64,000 bases of DNA from Pelagibacteraceae bacterium (GTDB taxonomy: Bacteria; Pseudomonadota; Alphaproteobacteria; Pelagibacterales; Pelagibacteraceae), in the NCBI GenBank assembly GCA_022763425.1, contig JALEGD010000001.1, forward strand, positions 508,572 to 572,571. Reading direction: 5' to 3'. Under the pieces are notes generated by a model. The model was given only the letters and a program-made list of their open reading frames with translations, searched no databases and was not told where the DNA came from. Both the position numbers and the translations under genes were made by a program. This document shows positions 53,206-61,932 of the stretch, piece after piece. Positions within the stretch are counted from its first letter, which is position 1. Each line of letters begins with the position of its first letter.

Positions 53206-55581
53206 ATGGCAAGTATGATTGGTTCAAAAGTTGAAAGAAAAGAAGACAAAAAGTTTTTAACTGGAAAAGGAAGATACACTGCGGATATAACATTACATAA
53301 CCAATCGTATGCAGTTTTCATTCGATCTCCTCACGCAAGAGCAAAAATTAAAGGAATTGATACAGCTAAAGCAAAAAAAGCATCTGGAGTTATCGATGTT
53401 TTAACAGGTAAAGATTTAGCAGATGATAAAATTGGAGGCTTGATCGCAGGTTGGAAGATTGTCAGTAAAGACGGAACAGATATGAAATGTCCCGCTCACC
53501 CTGCATTAGCTACAGATACAGTTAACTATGTTGGTGATCACGTTGCATTAGTAATCGCTGAAAGTTTACAAGAAGCAAAAGATGCTGCTGATTTAGTAAA
53601 TGTTGATTATAAAGTATTAAAGGCAGTTGCAAATACAGGCGATGCCATGAACGCTGAAGCAATACACGAAGGTATAGATAAAAACTTATGTTTTGATTGG
53701 GAGCTTGGCGATAAAGCAAAAGTCGACGAAGCGTTTTCAAGTGCAGATAAAGTTGTTGAGATGGATATCGTAAACAATAGATTAGTTCCAAATGCTATGG
53801 AACCTAGAGCATCAATTGGTGATTATAATCCATCATCTGAAGAGCTAACTTTATATACAACTTCTCAAAACCCACATCTCTCTAGACTGGTGATGTCAGC
53901 GTTTAATGCACTTCATCCAGAGCATAAATTTAGAGTAGTAGCACCAGATGTTGGCGGAGGTTTTGGATCAAAAATTTATCCTTATTCAGAAGACGTTGTT
54001 ATTGCTTGGGCAGCTAAAAGACTACAGCGTCCAGTTAAATGGGTTTGTGAAAGAACAGAATCATTCCTTTCAGACTGTCACGGGAGAGATCATATTACAA
54101 AAGCAGCTGTTGCAGTTAAAAGTGATGGAACTGTAACTGGTTTAAAAGTTGATACAATTGCAAACTTGGGTGGCTACGCATCTTTATTCGCCACTGTAAC
54201 ACCAACTTATTTATACGGTCCGTTAGTACTAGGACTTTATAATATTCCCGCTGCTTACTGTAACGTAAAAGCAGTTTACACAAACACCGCTCCAGTAGAC
54301 GCATACAGAGGAGCAGGAAGACCTGAAGCAACTTATCTGATTGAAAGAATTATGGATAAAGCTGCTAAAGAAATGGGAATGGATAGAGCAGAATTTAGAA
54401 AGAAAAACTTTATTAAACAATTCCCGCATCAACAGTGTTTAGTTCATAACATTGACTCTGGAGATTATGATGCGCACTTTGACAAAGCCCTTAAACTTTC
54501 TGATTATGCTGGCTTTGAAAAAAGAAAAGCAGAATCTGCAGCAAAAGGAAAACTTAGAGGAATTGGATTTTCTACCTATATTGAGGCATGCGGTATTGCT
54601 CCGTCTGCAGCAGTTATGTCATTGGGTGCAGGTGTAGGGTTATGGGAGTCTGCCGAAATTAGATTTAATCCAACTGGAAATATTTCAGTATTTACTGGAA
54701 CACATAGTCATGGCCAAGGTCATGATACAACTTTTGCACAGATTGTTTCTGATAAATTAGGTGTACCAGTTGAAAATATAGAAATTGTACACGGTGATAC
54801 AGATAAAGGTCCATTTGGTATGGGTACTTATGGTTCAAGATCACTTGCTGTAGGTGGTTCTGCAATTTCAAAAGCTTGTGATAAAATTGTAGAAAAAGGA
54901 AAAGCGGTAGCTGCAAATATGCTTGAAGCTAAACCAGAGGATATTGAATTTAAAGATGGAGAATTCATTGTACCAAATACTAATAAGAAAAAAACAATGG
55001 GTGAAATTGCTTTTGCTTGTTATTTACCAGGAACATATGGTGAAATAAAATCACCTTTGCCAGAAGGTATGGAGCCAGGTTTAAAAGAGACAGCATTTTA
55101 CGATCCAGTAAACTTTTCTTTTCCAGCAGGTTCGCATATTTGCGAAGTAGAAGTTGATCCAACAACTGGAGAAACAAAGGTTGATACTTATACCTGCGTT
55201 GATGATTTTGGTAATTTGATTAATCCAATGATTGTTGAGGGTCAAATTCACGGTGGTTTAGCACAAGGAATTGGACAGGCTTTATACGAAAATGCTTATT
55301 ACGACGAAACTGGTCAGTTAGTAACAGCATCTTATATGGACTATTGCATGCCAAGAGCTGATAATTTTCCAGAGTTTAGAATAGATTATACGTGTACTCC
55401 AGCAACTTCTAATCCATTAGGAGTCAAAGGATGCGGTGAAGCAGGCGCAATCGCATCACCACCGGCTGTAATGAATGCTGTAGTCGATGCAATTGGAACG
55501 GAAGTTACAATGCCTGCAACTGCTGAAAAAGTTTGGAGAGCATTAAAAGACAAAAAATCAGTACAAAAAAAAGCAGCATAA
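53206..55581 (+). CDS. coxL: Molybdopterin-binding large subunit, form II CoxL-like (xanthine oxidase family)
   Basis: 791 aa. The active-site loop reads 'AYRGAGR' (54301-54321), not the form I 'AYxCSFR'. The gene order is S-L-M. Confidence 0.88.
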   Translation: MASMIGSKVERKEDKKFLTGKGRYTADITLHNQSYAVFIRSPHARAKIKGIDTAKAKKASGVIDVLTGKDLADDKIGGLIAGWKIVSKDGTDMKCPAHPALATDTVNYVGDHVALVIAESLQEAKDAADLVNVDYKVLKAVANTGDAMNAEAIHEGIDKNLCFDWELGDKAKVDEAFSSADKVVEMDIVNNRLVPNAMEPRASIGDYNPSSEELTLYTTSQNPHLSRLVMSAFNALHPEHKFRVVAPDVGGGFGSKIYPYSEDVVIAWAAKRLQRPVKWVCERTESFLSDCHGRDHITKAAVAVKSDGTVTGLKVDTIANLGGYASLFATVTPTYLYGPLVLGLYNIPAAYCNVKAVYTNTAPVDAYRGAGRPEATYLIERIMDKAAKEMGMDRAEFRKKNFIKQFPHQQCLVHNIDSGDYDAHFDKALKLSDYAGFEKRKAESAAKGKLRGIGFSTYIEACGIAPSAAVMSLGAGVGLWESAEIRFNPTGNISVFTGTHSHGQGHDTTFAQIVSDKLGVPVENIEIVHGDTDKGPFGMGTYGSRSLAVGGSAISKACDKIVEKGKAVAANMLEAKPEDIEFKDGEFIVPNTNKKKTMGEIAFACYLPGTYGEIKSPLPEGMEPGLKETAFYDPVNFSFPAGSHICEVEVDPTTGETKVDTYTCVDDFGNLINPMIVEGQIHGGLAQGIGQALYENAYYDETGQLVTASYMDYCMPRADNFPEFRIDYTCTPATSNPLGVKGCGEAGAIASPPAVMNAVVDAIGTEVTMPATAEKVWRALKDKKSVQKKAA

Positions 55582-55590
55582 GGGGGGTAA

Positions 55591-56379
55591 ATGAAACAGT
55601 TTAATTTTCACGAAGCAAAGAATGTAAAAGATGCAGTCAAAGCTGCATCAAAAAAATCTGCTTTTTTATCAGGAGGTCAGACTCTAATTCCATCGATGAA
55701 ATTAAGGCTATCTAGTTTTGATGATGTAATTAATGTCAAAAATATAAAGGATCTTCAAGGTATCAAAGTAAGTAGCAAATCTGTTACAATAGGTGCTGCT
55801 ACAACACATGCTGAAGTGGCGGCTTCAAAAGATGTAAAGGAAGCCATTCCATCTCTTTCTCATTTAGCTGGGATGATTGGTGATGCACAAGTGCGTAATA
55901 AAGGAACATTAGGTGGATCGATTGCTAATAACGACCCAAGTGCGTGTTACCCGTCAGCTTGTATAGCATTAGATGCTACAATTCATACATCTGAGAGAAA
56001 AATAGAGGCATCAAAATTTTTTAAAGGCATGTTTGAAACAGCATTAAAAAAGGATGAGTTAGTTACGGCTGTAGAGTTTAAAATACCAGAAAGCTCAAGC
56101 TACGTAAAAATCCCAAATCCAGCTTCGAGATACGCAATAGTTGGAGTTTATGTTGCTCAACACAAAAAAGATATAATTTGTGCGGTTACTGGTGCACAAG
56201 CGGTTGTTTATCGATGCAAGGAAATTGAAAAGGAATTAAGTAATAATTTTTCTTCAGATTCTTTAAATAACCTGGATTTAGATTATAGCGAAATGAACTC
56301 AGATATTCATGCGTCAGCAGAATATAGAGCAAGTTTAGTTTTATCCGCTGCTCAAAAAGCGGTCGCTAATTGCAAATAA
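55591..56379 (+). CDS. coxM: FAD-binding medium subunit (CoxM-type)
   Basis: Motifs 'LSGGQTLIPSMKLR', 'RN.GTLGGSIANNDP' and 'SAEYR'. Confidence 0.9.
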   Translation: MKQFNFHEAKNVKDAVKAASKKSAFLSGGQTLIPSMKLRLSSFDDVINVKNIKDLQGIKVSSKSVTIGAATTHAEVAASKDVKEAIPSLSHLAGMIGDAQVRNKGTLGGSIANNDPSACYPSACIALDATIHTSERKIEASKFFKGMFETALKKDELVTAVEFKIPESSSYVKIPNPASRYAIVGVYVAQHKKDIICAVTGAQAVVYRCKEIEKELSNNFSSDSLNNLDLDYSEMNSDIHASAEYRASLVLSAAQKAVANCK

Positions 56380-56416
56380 TTTAAATAACTTATCATAATC
56401 TGATAAGGTACTATTT

Positions 56417-56749
56417 ATGAATAATACCTTTGACGAAAAAATCCTTGATGAAGCTCAGCAATGGACTGAGCAAAATAAAAAGGTTATTCTAGCAACAGTC
56501 ATTCAAACATGGGGCTCTTCACCAAGGCCGGTCGGGAGTTTAATGATTGTAAATGACTCTGGAGATTTTTCAGGCTCAGTATCTGGTGGATGTGTTGAAG
56601 GAGAGGTTGTAAGACAATGTTTAGATTTGTTAAATGACAAGGATAATTTTAAAAAAATTGATTTCAAAGTCTCAAATGAAAGCGCCTGGAATGTTGGTCT
56701 AGCATGCGGAGGTGAGATCGCAATTTTTTTAGAAAAATTAAAAAAATGA
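56417..56749 (+). CDS. XdhC/CoxI-family accessory protein, N-terminal domain only
   Basis: Motif 'ATVIQTWGSSPRPVGSLMIV...G...GSVSGGCVE'. Confidence 0.8.
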   Translation: MNNTFDEKILDEAQQWTEQNKKVILATVIQTWGSSPRPVGSLMIVNDSGDFSGSVSGGCVEGEVVRQCLDLLNDKDNFKKIDFKVSNESAWNVGLACGGEIAIFLEKLKK

Positions 56750-57426
56750 ATTTAGACTTACTTCAAGAAATAATTAATTTAAAAAATTCTAAAAAAGAAT
56801 TTTCAGTTATTACTGATATTAGTAATGCTAAAAGTTATATTTTTTCTTTAAATGAAAAAATACAAGAAGAGTTAAAAGAAAATGAAAAAAAAATCATTGA
56901 ACTTTATAAATCTAGAAAAGATGGGCTAATAAAAGGAACAAATTTATTTGTAAAAAATTATCACCGACCAATCAAAGTTGTAATAATTGGAGCCGTTCAT
57001 ATATCTCAATTTTTCGTTGAGTATGCAAAATCGCTTAATCTAGATATTCATATTATTGATCCGCGTGGTTATTTTGCCTCTGAGAAAAGATTTCCTTCAG
57101 CAAATATAATTAATTTGTGGCCAGACGAGGCTTTTAAACATTGTACCTTAGATAAAAATACAGCTTTGATTGCTTTAACTCATGACCCAAAAATTGATGA
57201 CCCTGCAATACAAGAGGCTTTAAAAAAAAATTGTTTTTATATTGGAGCATTAGGAAGTAAGAAAACTCATGAGAATAGATGTAATCGTTTGATTGAAAAT
57301 GGGTTTGAAAAAGAAGAGATAAAAAAAATTTTTGGACCAATTGGAATTAAGTTTGGAGGAAGATCTGCACCAGAGATAGCTTTATCAATTATTTTTCAAC
57401 TGATGACTGAGATTTACAAGCAGTGA
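56746..57426 (+). CDS. XdhC-family accessory protein, Rossmann-like C-terminal domain
   Basis: Motifs 'VVIIGAVHISQ', 'ALTHDPKIDDPA' and 'YIGALGSKKTH..R'. ATGA overlap with the N-domain ORF. Confidence 0.8.
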   Translation: MNLDLLQEIINLKNSKKEFSVITDISNAKSYIFSLNEKIQEELKENEKKIIELYKSRKDGLIKGTNLFVKNYHRPIKVVIIGAVHISQFFVEYAKSLNLDIHIIDPRGYFASEKRFPSANIINLWPDEAFKHCTLDKNTALIALTHDPKIDDPAIQEALKKNCFYIGALGSKKTHENRCNRLIENGFEKEEIKKIFGPIGIKFGGRSAPEIALSIIFQLMTEIYKQ

Positions 57427-57992
57427 TATCTGCAATTTTATTAGCGGCTGGAACATCATCACGTTATGGAAAAGATAATAAACTTCTTGTTAATTACAAA
57501 AAAAAACCCTTGTTATCATATTCTTTAAAAGCCTTATTAAAAAGCAAAGTCAAAGATATTGTTGTTGTGCTTGGAAAAGATAAACAAAAGATATTAGAGC
57601 AAATTCCTCAGAATAAAAAAATTAAAGTTATTTTTAATAAAAATTATAAAAGAGGTATGGCGTCTTCCATTTTAACTGGTTTGAAAAAAATAAATAAAAA
57701 AAGCCATGGTTTTATGGTGTGTTTATCTGATATGCCAAAAATTAAATCTTCTACTTATAATAAAATTATTAATCATTTTAATAAAAATAAAAAAATACCT
57801 TGCGTTCCTCACTATAAATATAAAAATGGAAACCCAGTATGCTTTCCAATCAGCTTTAAATCTAAAATCAAAAATATTAAAGGTGATCAGGGAGCAAAAA
57901 AAATCTTTTTAATGAATAATTTTAATCAAGTTAATATTTCATCAAATTCAATATTAATTGATTTTGATAAAAAATCTGATTTTAAAAAGTAA
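57423..57992 (+). CDS. mocA: MobA-like nucleotidyltransferase, probable molybdenum cofactor cytidylyltransferase
   Basis: Motif 'ISAILLAAGTSSRYG.DNKLL'; GTG start overlapping the xdhC-C stop (GTGA); context after cox/xdhC genes. Confidence 0.7.
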   Translation: MISAILLAAGTSSRYGKDNKLLVNYKKKPLLSYSLKALLKSKVKDIVVVLGKDKQKILEQIPQNKKIKVIFNKNYKRGMASSILTGLKKINKKSHGFMVCLSDMPKIKSSTYNKIINHFNKNKKIPCVPHYKYKNGNPVCFPISFKSKIKNIKGDQGAKKIFLMNNFNQVNISSNSILIDFDKKSDFKK

Positions 57993-58587
57993 ATTCTCTT
58001 AAATATTCTTTTAGTTTTTTTGGTTTATCCAAAGTTATTGTTTGAAATCCTTTTTTTTTTGCTGACTCAGTATTTTCTGGTCTATCGTCTATAAAAAGTG
58101 TTGTTTTAGGATCACAAATAAATTTTTTAATTGCTAGTTCGTAAATTTTTATATCTGGTTTTTTTAGACCAACTTTCCCAGATATAATCATATCATCAAA
58201 CTCATTAACGAATTTGTTTTTAGATGCATAAATATCAAATTGATCACCAGGAAAATTACTTAAAATAAAAATTGGAATTCCTTTTTGTTTTAAATCAAAT
58301 GCAATCTTAAGGTTTTCCTCATAAATACCAATTATCATCTCTTGAAAGCGACCATAAAATGATTCTATTGCATATTTATAATCCGGATATTCTTCAATTT
58401 TTTTTAAAGTTGCGGGTTTTGTATCATAAACTAAATCTTGTTGAATATGCCATTCCCATGGACATATATTTTTAAAAAAAAAATCTGTATCTTCTGGGTT
58501 ATCAAAAATTTTATTATATAGATTTCTTGGATCAAATTTAACTATGACTTTTCCAAGATCAAAAATAACTTTTTCAATTTTTATCAC
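57982..58587 (-). CDS. HAD-superfamily hydrolase
   Basis: Motifs 'VIFDLGKV' (DxG-type motif I variant), 'ILSN' and 'LFIDDR..N'. Confidence 0.7.
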   Translation of the reverse strand: MIKIEKVIFDLGKVIVKFDPRNLYNKIFDNPEDTDFFFKNICPWEWHIQQDLVYDTKPATLKKIEEYPDYKYAIESFYGRFQEMIIGIYEENLKIAFDLKQKGIPIFILSNFPGDQFDIYASKNKFVNEFDDMIISGKVGLKKPDIKIYELAIKKFICDPKTTLFIDDRPENTESAKKKGFQTITLDKPKKLKEYLREFTF

Positions 58588-58973
58588 GATAAATCGATGG
58601 CGAATTTTTTAAGAGTTTCTAAATTTATAATTTCTAAAGTTTTTTTATTGGTACTTTTAATAAATATCTTACATGGATGACCAGCATCTACTGCTCTCTT
58701 AAACCATGTTGCACACACACACCAACTATCACCATTTTTTAATCCTACGAAATTATATTCTGGTCTAGGTGTAATCAAATCATTACCATTTTCTTTGCAA
58801 AATTTTAAAAAATCATCGTTTACTTTTGCACATACAGTATGTGTACCAATATCGTTTTCATCTGTATTGCAACATCCATCTCTGTACCAACCTGTTAATG
58901 GATCTAATGAGCAATTTTCTAATTTTTCACCAAGAACATTAAATTGATTTTTAGTCATGAAAGACGTTTGCAA
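58584..58973 (-). CDS. DUF2237-family protein
   Basis: Motif 'PLTGWYRDGCCNTDENDIGTHTVCA.V...FL.F....GNDL'. Confidence 0.7.
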   Translation of the reverse strand: MQTSFMTKNQFNVLGEKLENCSLDPLTGWYRDGCCNTDENDIGTHTVCAKVNDDFLKFCKENGNDLITPRPEYNFVGLKNGDSWCVCATWFKRAVDAGHPCKIFIKSTNKKTLEIINLETLKKFAIDLS

Positions 58974-59559
58974 TTTTTTCTTCTAATTCAATGTTTAATG
59001 AAAAGGATCTTCTTTCACCATTTGTATGAAATGGGTAGGCTGTATGCATTAAATAATTTGGAAATAATATCATATCTCCAACTTTCGGAACATGATTATA
59101 AATACTATCACTTAAAAAACTTTTAGAGCCATTAATGAAATCAATTGTTCCATTAGTTTTGATGTTTTTTTTACTTTTATTAAAATTTTTTGGGATCTTC
59201 AGGTATCCTACCGCAGATAAATGTCCATCATGGTAATGAATGGGGTTATATTCATTTTGAAACTGTCTTACTACCCATAGGTTTTTAATTGTTACTTTTT
59301 TTGCGTTTTTATTAATAGATTTTTTTAAAAAAACTTTTACTTCTTTAGTAATAAGTTTTAATAGGTTTTTCTTTATAAAAGTTTTTGGCAACTCAAATTC
59401 TTGTTTAACCTCTCCAACTAGTTTTTTTGAATAATTAAGTTTTTTTGCTAACTGTTTATTTTTTAATATTCTATCAACCTCAGTATTTATTTTTTTAATT
59501 ATAGAAAGAGGTAGTTTAAATTTACCTATCTTGGGTCCAAAAGGGCTTAGAACTTTCAT
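58951..59559 (-). CDS. Putative 2OG-Fe(II) oxygenase (TIGR02466/PF13759-like)
   Basis: Motifs 'NPIHYHDGHLSAVGYLKIP' (HxD) and 'MILFPNYLMHTAYPF' (distal His). The ATG at 59559 is preferred because the track start at 59631 overlaps hisI by 71 nt. Confidence 0.6.
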   Translation of the reverse strand: MKVLSPFGPKIGKFKLPLSIIKKINTEVDRILKNKQLAKKLNYSKKLVGEVKQEFELPKTFIKKNLLKLITKEVKVFLKKSINKNAKKVTIKNLWVVRQFQNEYNPIHYHDGHLSAVGYLKIPKNFNKSKKNIKTNGTIDFINGSKSFLSDSIYNHVPKVGDMILFPNYLMHTAYPFHTNGERRSFSLNIELEEKIANVFHD

Positions 59560-59560
59560 T

Positions 59561-60022
59561 TTAAAGTTTCGTCGGGTTTGGTTGACCTTTGTATACAATT
59601 TCTGGGTCAAATGTTTTCTCTTTTTCCTCAAACTTTAATTCAATATCATCGGTTTTATTTTCGAGCGGTATTGATCTATAAAAACATGAGTAGTATCCAA
59701 CATGACAACTTGCTCCATCACCAATATCAACTGATATCCATACAGAGTCTTGATCATCATCTATCCTTATAAATTTTACTTTTTGAACCCATCCACTTGT
59801 TTTACCTTTATGCCAAATAGCATTTCTTGATCTACTGAAATAATGTGCTTCTTTTGTCTCTATAGTTTTTTTAAATGCTTCCTCATTCATATAACCGTGC
59901 ATTAAAATTTCCCCAGATTTATGATCAGTAGTGATTACTGGTATTAACCCATTTTGATCAAACTTAGGACATAATTCTTTACCTTCTTCTACTTGTTCTA
60001 CAGATATTCTTTTTTTAAACAT
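59561..60022 (-). CDS. hisI: Phosphoribosyl-AMP cyclohydrolase
   Basis: Motifs 'GLIPVITTD..SGEILMHGYMN', 'YFSRSRN.IWHKG.TSG' and 'D.D.......G.ASCH.G..SCF'. Confidence 0.9.
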   Translation of the reverse strand: MFKKRISVEQVEEGKELCPKFDQNGLIPVITTDHKSGEILMHGYMNEEAFKKTIETKEAHYFSRSRNAIWHKGKTSGWVQKVKFIRIDDDQDSVWISVDIGDGASCHVGYYSCFYRSIPLENKTDDIELKFEEKEKTFDPEIVYKGQPNPTKL

Positions 60023-60081
60023 TGTTATGTGTATCTATAATTGTATATTAGATTAATCAAATTTAATTATACAGGGATTTA

Positions 60082-60693
60082 ATGACAAACAAAAATGTTA
60101 CAGAATTAAGAGCAAAATTAGAAGAAAAAATTAGTAAAGAAGAAGCAAAAAAAGCTATTCAAACAATATTAAAATACATTGGGGAAAATCCTGATCGTGA
60201 AGGATTAATCGAAACCCCCAAAAGAGTAATCAAAGCTTTTGATGAATATTTTTCGGGTTATGCAGAGGATCCTCAGTTATATTTAGAAAAAACTTTTGGA
60301 GATGTGGAAGGATATGACGATATGGTTATTCAAAAAAACATATCTATCCAAAGTCATTGCGAACACCATATGGCACCAATAATTGGAATTGCTCATGTGG
60401 CTTATATCCCTTCAGAAAAAGTTGTTGGTCTAAGCAAGTTAGCTAGAGTCGTTGAGGCTTATTCAAGAAGATTGCAAACTCAAGAAAGATTAACTATGCA
60501 AATTGCTAATGCGATTAACAAGGGTTTAAAAGCTCATGGAACAGCAGTATGTATTGATGCAGTTCACCAATGTATGACGACTAGAGGCGTAATGAAAGAA
60601 AACGCTACAACAGTTACAAATTATTTTACAGGCTCATTTAGAGATAGCCAGTCACTTCAGCAAAGATTTTTATCTTATATTAACCAAAAGTAA
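60082..60693 (+). CDS. folE: GTP cyclohydrolase I
   Basis: Motifs 'GENPDREGL.ETPKRV', 'SHCEHHM.P', 'GLSK.ARVVE.YSRRLQ.QERLT' and 'HQCMT.RGV'. Confidence 0.94.
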   Translation: MTNKNVTELRAKLEEKISKEEAKKAIQTILKYIGENPDREGLIETPKRVIKAFDEYFSGYAEDPQLYLEKTFGDVEGYDDMVIQKNISIQSHCEHHMAPIIGIAHVAYIPSEKVVGLSKLARVVEAYSRRLQTQERLTMQIANAINKGLKAHGTAVCIDAVHQCMTTRGVMKENATTVTNYFTGSFRDSQSLQQRFLSYINQK

Positions 60694-60929
60694 TGTTTGA
60701 TATTCCTGATAAATATAAAAATTTAAAAAAAGTTTATGTTGATACAACTCATGTAGCGACACAAATAGATAGCCCTAAAGTTTATTATAAAATCAAACCA
60801 AACGAGGGATATGTAGTTTGTGGATACTGTAACATTTGCTTTATTTTAAAAGAGGACGCAGATCTTGATACGGACAGAGTGTTTTTTTATAATGAAAGAC
60901 AGAGTAAATTAGAACATCAATCAAATTAA
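60693..60929 (+). CDS. Small protein with degenerate zf-CHCC-like region
   Basis: 78 aa. 'SPKVYYKI......VVCGYCNICF' resembles the 'HPRVYL...C.YCG..F' half of zf-CHCC, but the first Cys/His pair is missing. TAATG overlap with folE. Confidence 0.35.
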   Translation: MFDIPDKYKNLKKVYVDTTHVATQIDSPKVYYKIKPNEGYVVCGYCNICFILKEDADLDTDRVFFYNERQSKLEHQSN

Positions 60930-60935
60930 AATTTT

Positions 60936-61931
60936 ATGAGTTTTAAAGCTATAGTTTTAAATAAGGATGGTGAAAACTTTACCAGAGAAGTCAAAGAGGT
61001 TGAAAAGTCTTTTTTAACTCATGGTAATGTTTTGGTTAAAGTAGATTATTCATCTTTAAATTTTAAAGACGGTATGATTTTAAAGAATGGAGGAAACCTA
61101 GTTAAAGATTATCCTCATATACCAGGTATAGACTTTGCAGGAACCGTTGAGGAAAGCGAGTCTGGTAAATTCAAAAAGGGTGACAAAGTCATATTAACTG
61201 GCTGGAGAGTAGGCGAGGTTTTCTTTGGTGGGTATTCTCAGTATGCAAAAGTTCAAGATGATTTTTTAGTTAAAATGCCAAAAGACCTAGATAGCAAAAA
61301 GGCAATGATATTAGGAACAGCAGGATTGACAGCTCTAATGTGTGTCTTTGCTATTCAAGCAAGAGAGACAATTCTATTAGGTGAGTCAATAAAAGATGTT
61401 TTGGTGACAGGTGCTACAGGAGGAGTTGGAAGTGTTGCGGTTTTAGCACTCAGTAAACTCGGATATAATGTTTCAGCTGTAACTGGAAAAAAAGATAAAT
61501 CAGACTTTTTAAAATCCTTAGGAGCAAATAATATAGTAGATCGTTCAGAGCTTGATCAAGATGCAAGACCAATTGATAAAGGCTTGTATGACGGGGTAGT
61601 TGATACAACAGGTGGAAAAATACTTGCAAAAGCATTATCTCATACAAGACCAAATGGTATCGTAGCTGCTTGTGGATTGGCTAGTAGTTACAAATTAGAG
61701 ACAACTGTTATGCCTTTTATTATTAGAGGGGTTAAGCTTTGGGGAATAGATTCTGTTACTGCTCCTGCAAAAAGAAGAGAATTTCTATGGTCACAAGCAA
61801 CTACTTATATTGATTTTAATAAGTTGTCCGAAGGTGTCCAAGAATGGGGTCTTGAAGATTTAGTTCAAAATTCATCTGAAATATTAAAAGGCCAAATTTC
61901 AGGAAGAGTTATTGTAAACGTAAATAAATAA
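60936..61931 (+). CDS. acuI: YhdH/AcuI-family MDR oxidoreductase (acrylyl-CoA reductase type)
   Basis: Collinear with E. coli YhdH as recalled: 'SSLNFKDGM', 'IPGIDFAGTV', 'VILTGW.VGE..FGG', 'AMILGTAGLTA', 'VTGATGGVGS' and 'ACGLA'. Confidence 0.82.
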   Translation: MSFKAIVLNKDGENFTREVKEVEKSFLTHGNVLVKVDYSSLNFKDGMILKNGGNLVKDYPHIPGIDFAGTVEESESGKFKKGDKVILTGWRVGEVFFGGYSQYAKVQDDFLVKMPKDLDSKKAMILGTAGLTALMCVFAIQARETILLGESIKDVLVTGATGGVGSVAVLALSKLGYNVSAVTGKKDKSDFLKSLGANNIVDRSELDQDARPIDKGLYDGVVDTTGGKILAKALSHTRPNGIVAACGLASSYKLETTVMPFIIRGVKLWGIDSVTAPAKRREFLWSQATTYIDFNKLSEGVQEWGLEDLVQNSSEILKGQISGRVIVNVNK

Positions 61932-61932
61932 T

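Noticed and set aside
53522-55177. A run of 60-90-aa ORFs on the minus strand and in alternate plus frames inside coxL (53522-53791, 53948-54136, 54116-54331, 54229-54432, 54452-54637, 54692-54916, 54980-55177).
   Set aside because: All lie entirely within the well-supported 791-aa coxL frame. Their products are low-complexity L/Q/H/Y-rich strings typical of shadow frames. They reflect the lower AT content of this gene, not real genes.
56389-56407. A 7-bp hairpin (CTTATCA-taatc-TGATAAG) after coxM, considered as a terminator.
   Set aside because: There is no following U-tract, and the accessory genes xdhC and mocA continue immediately downstream. It is probably not a terminator and may be incidental.
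17000-58000. The GC-richer right-hand portion of the window as a horizontally acquired island.
   Set aside because: There is no integrase, transposase, tRNA target, flanking direct repeats or abrupt boundary. The contrast follows individual genes (fumC, met, liv, acn, cox) rather than one contiguous block, which points to selection on codon usage.
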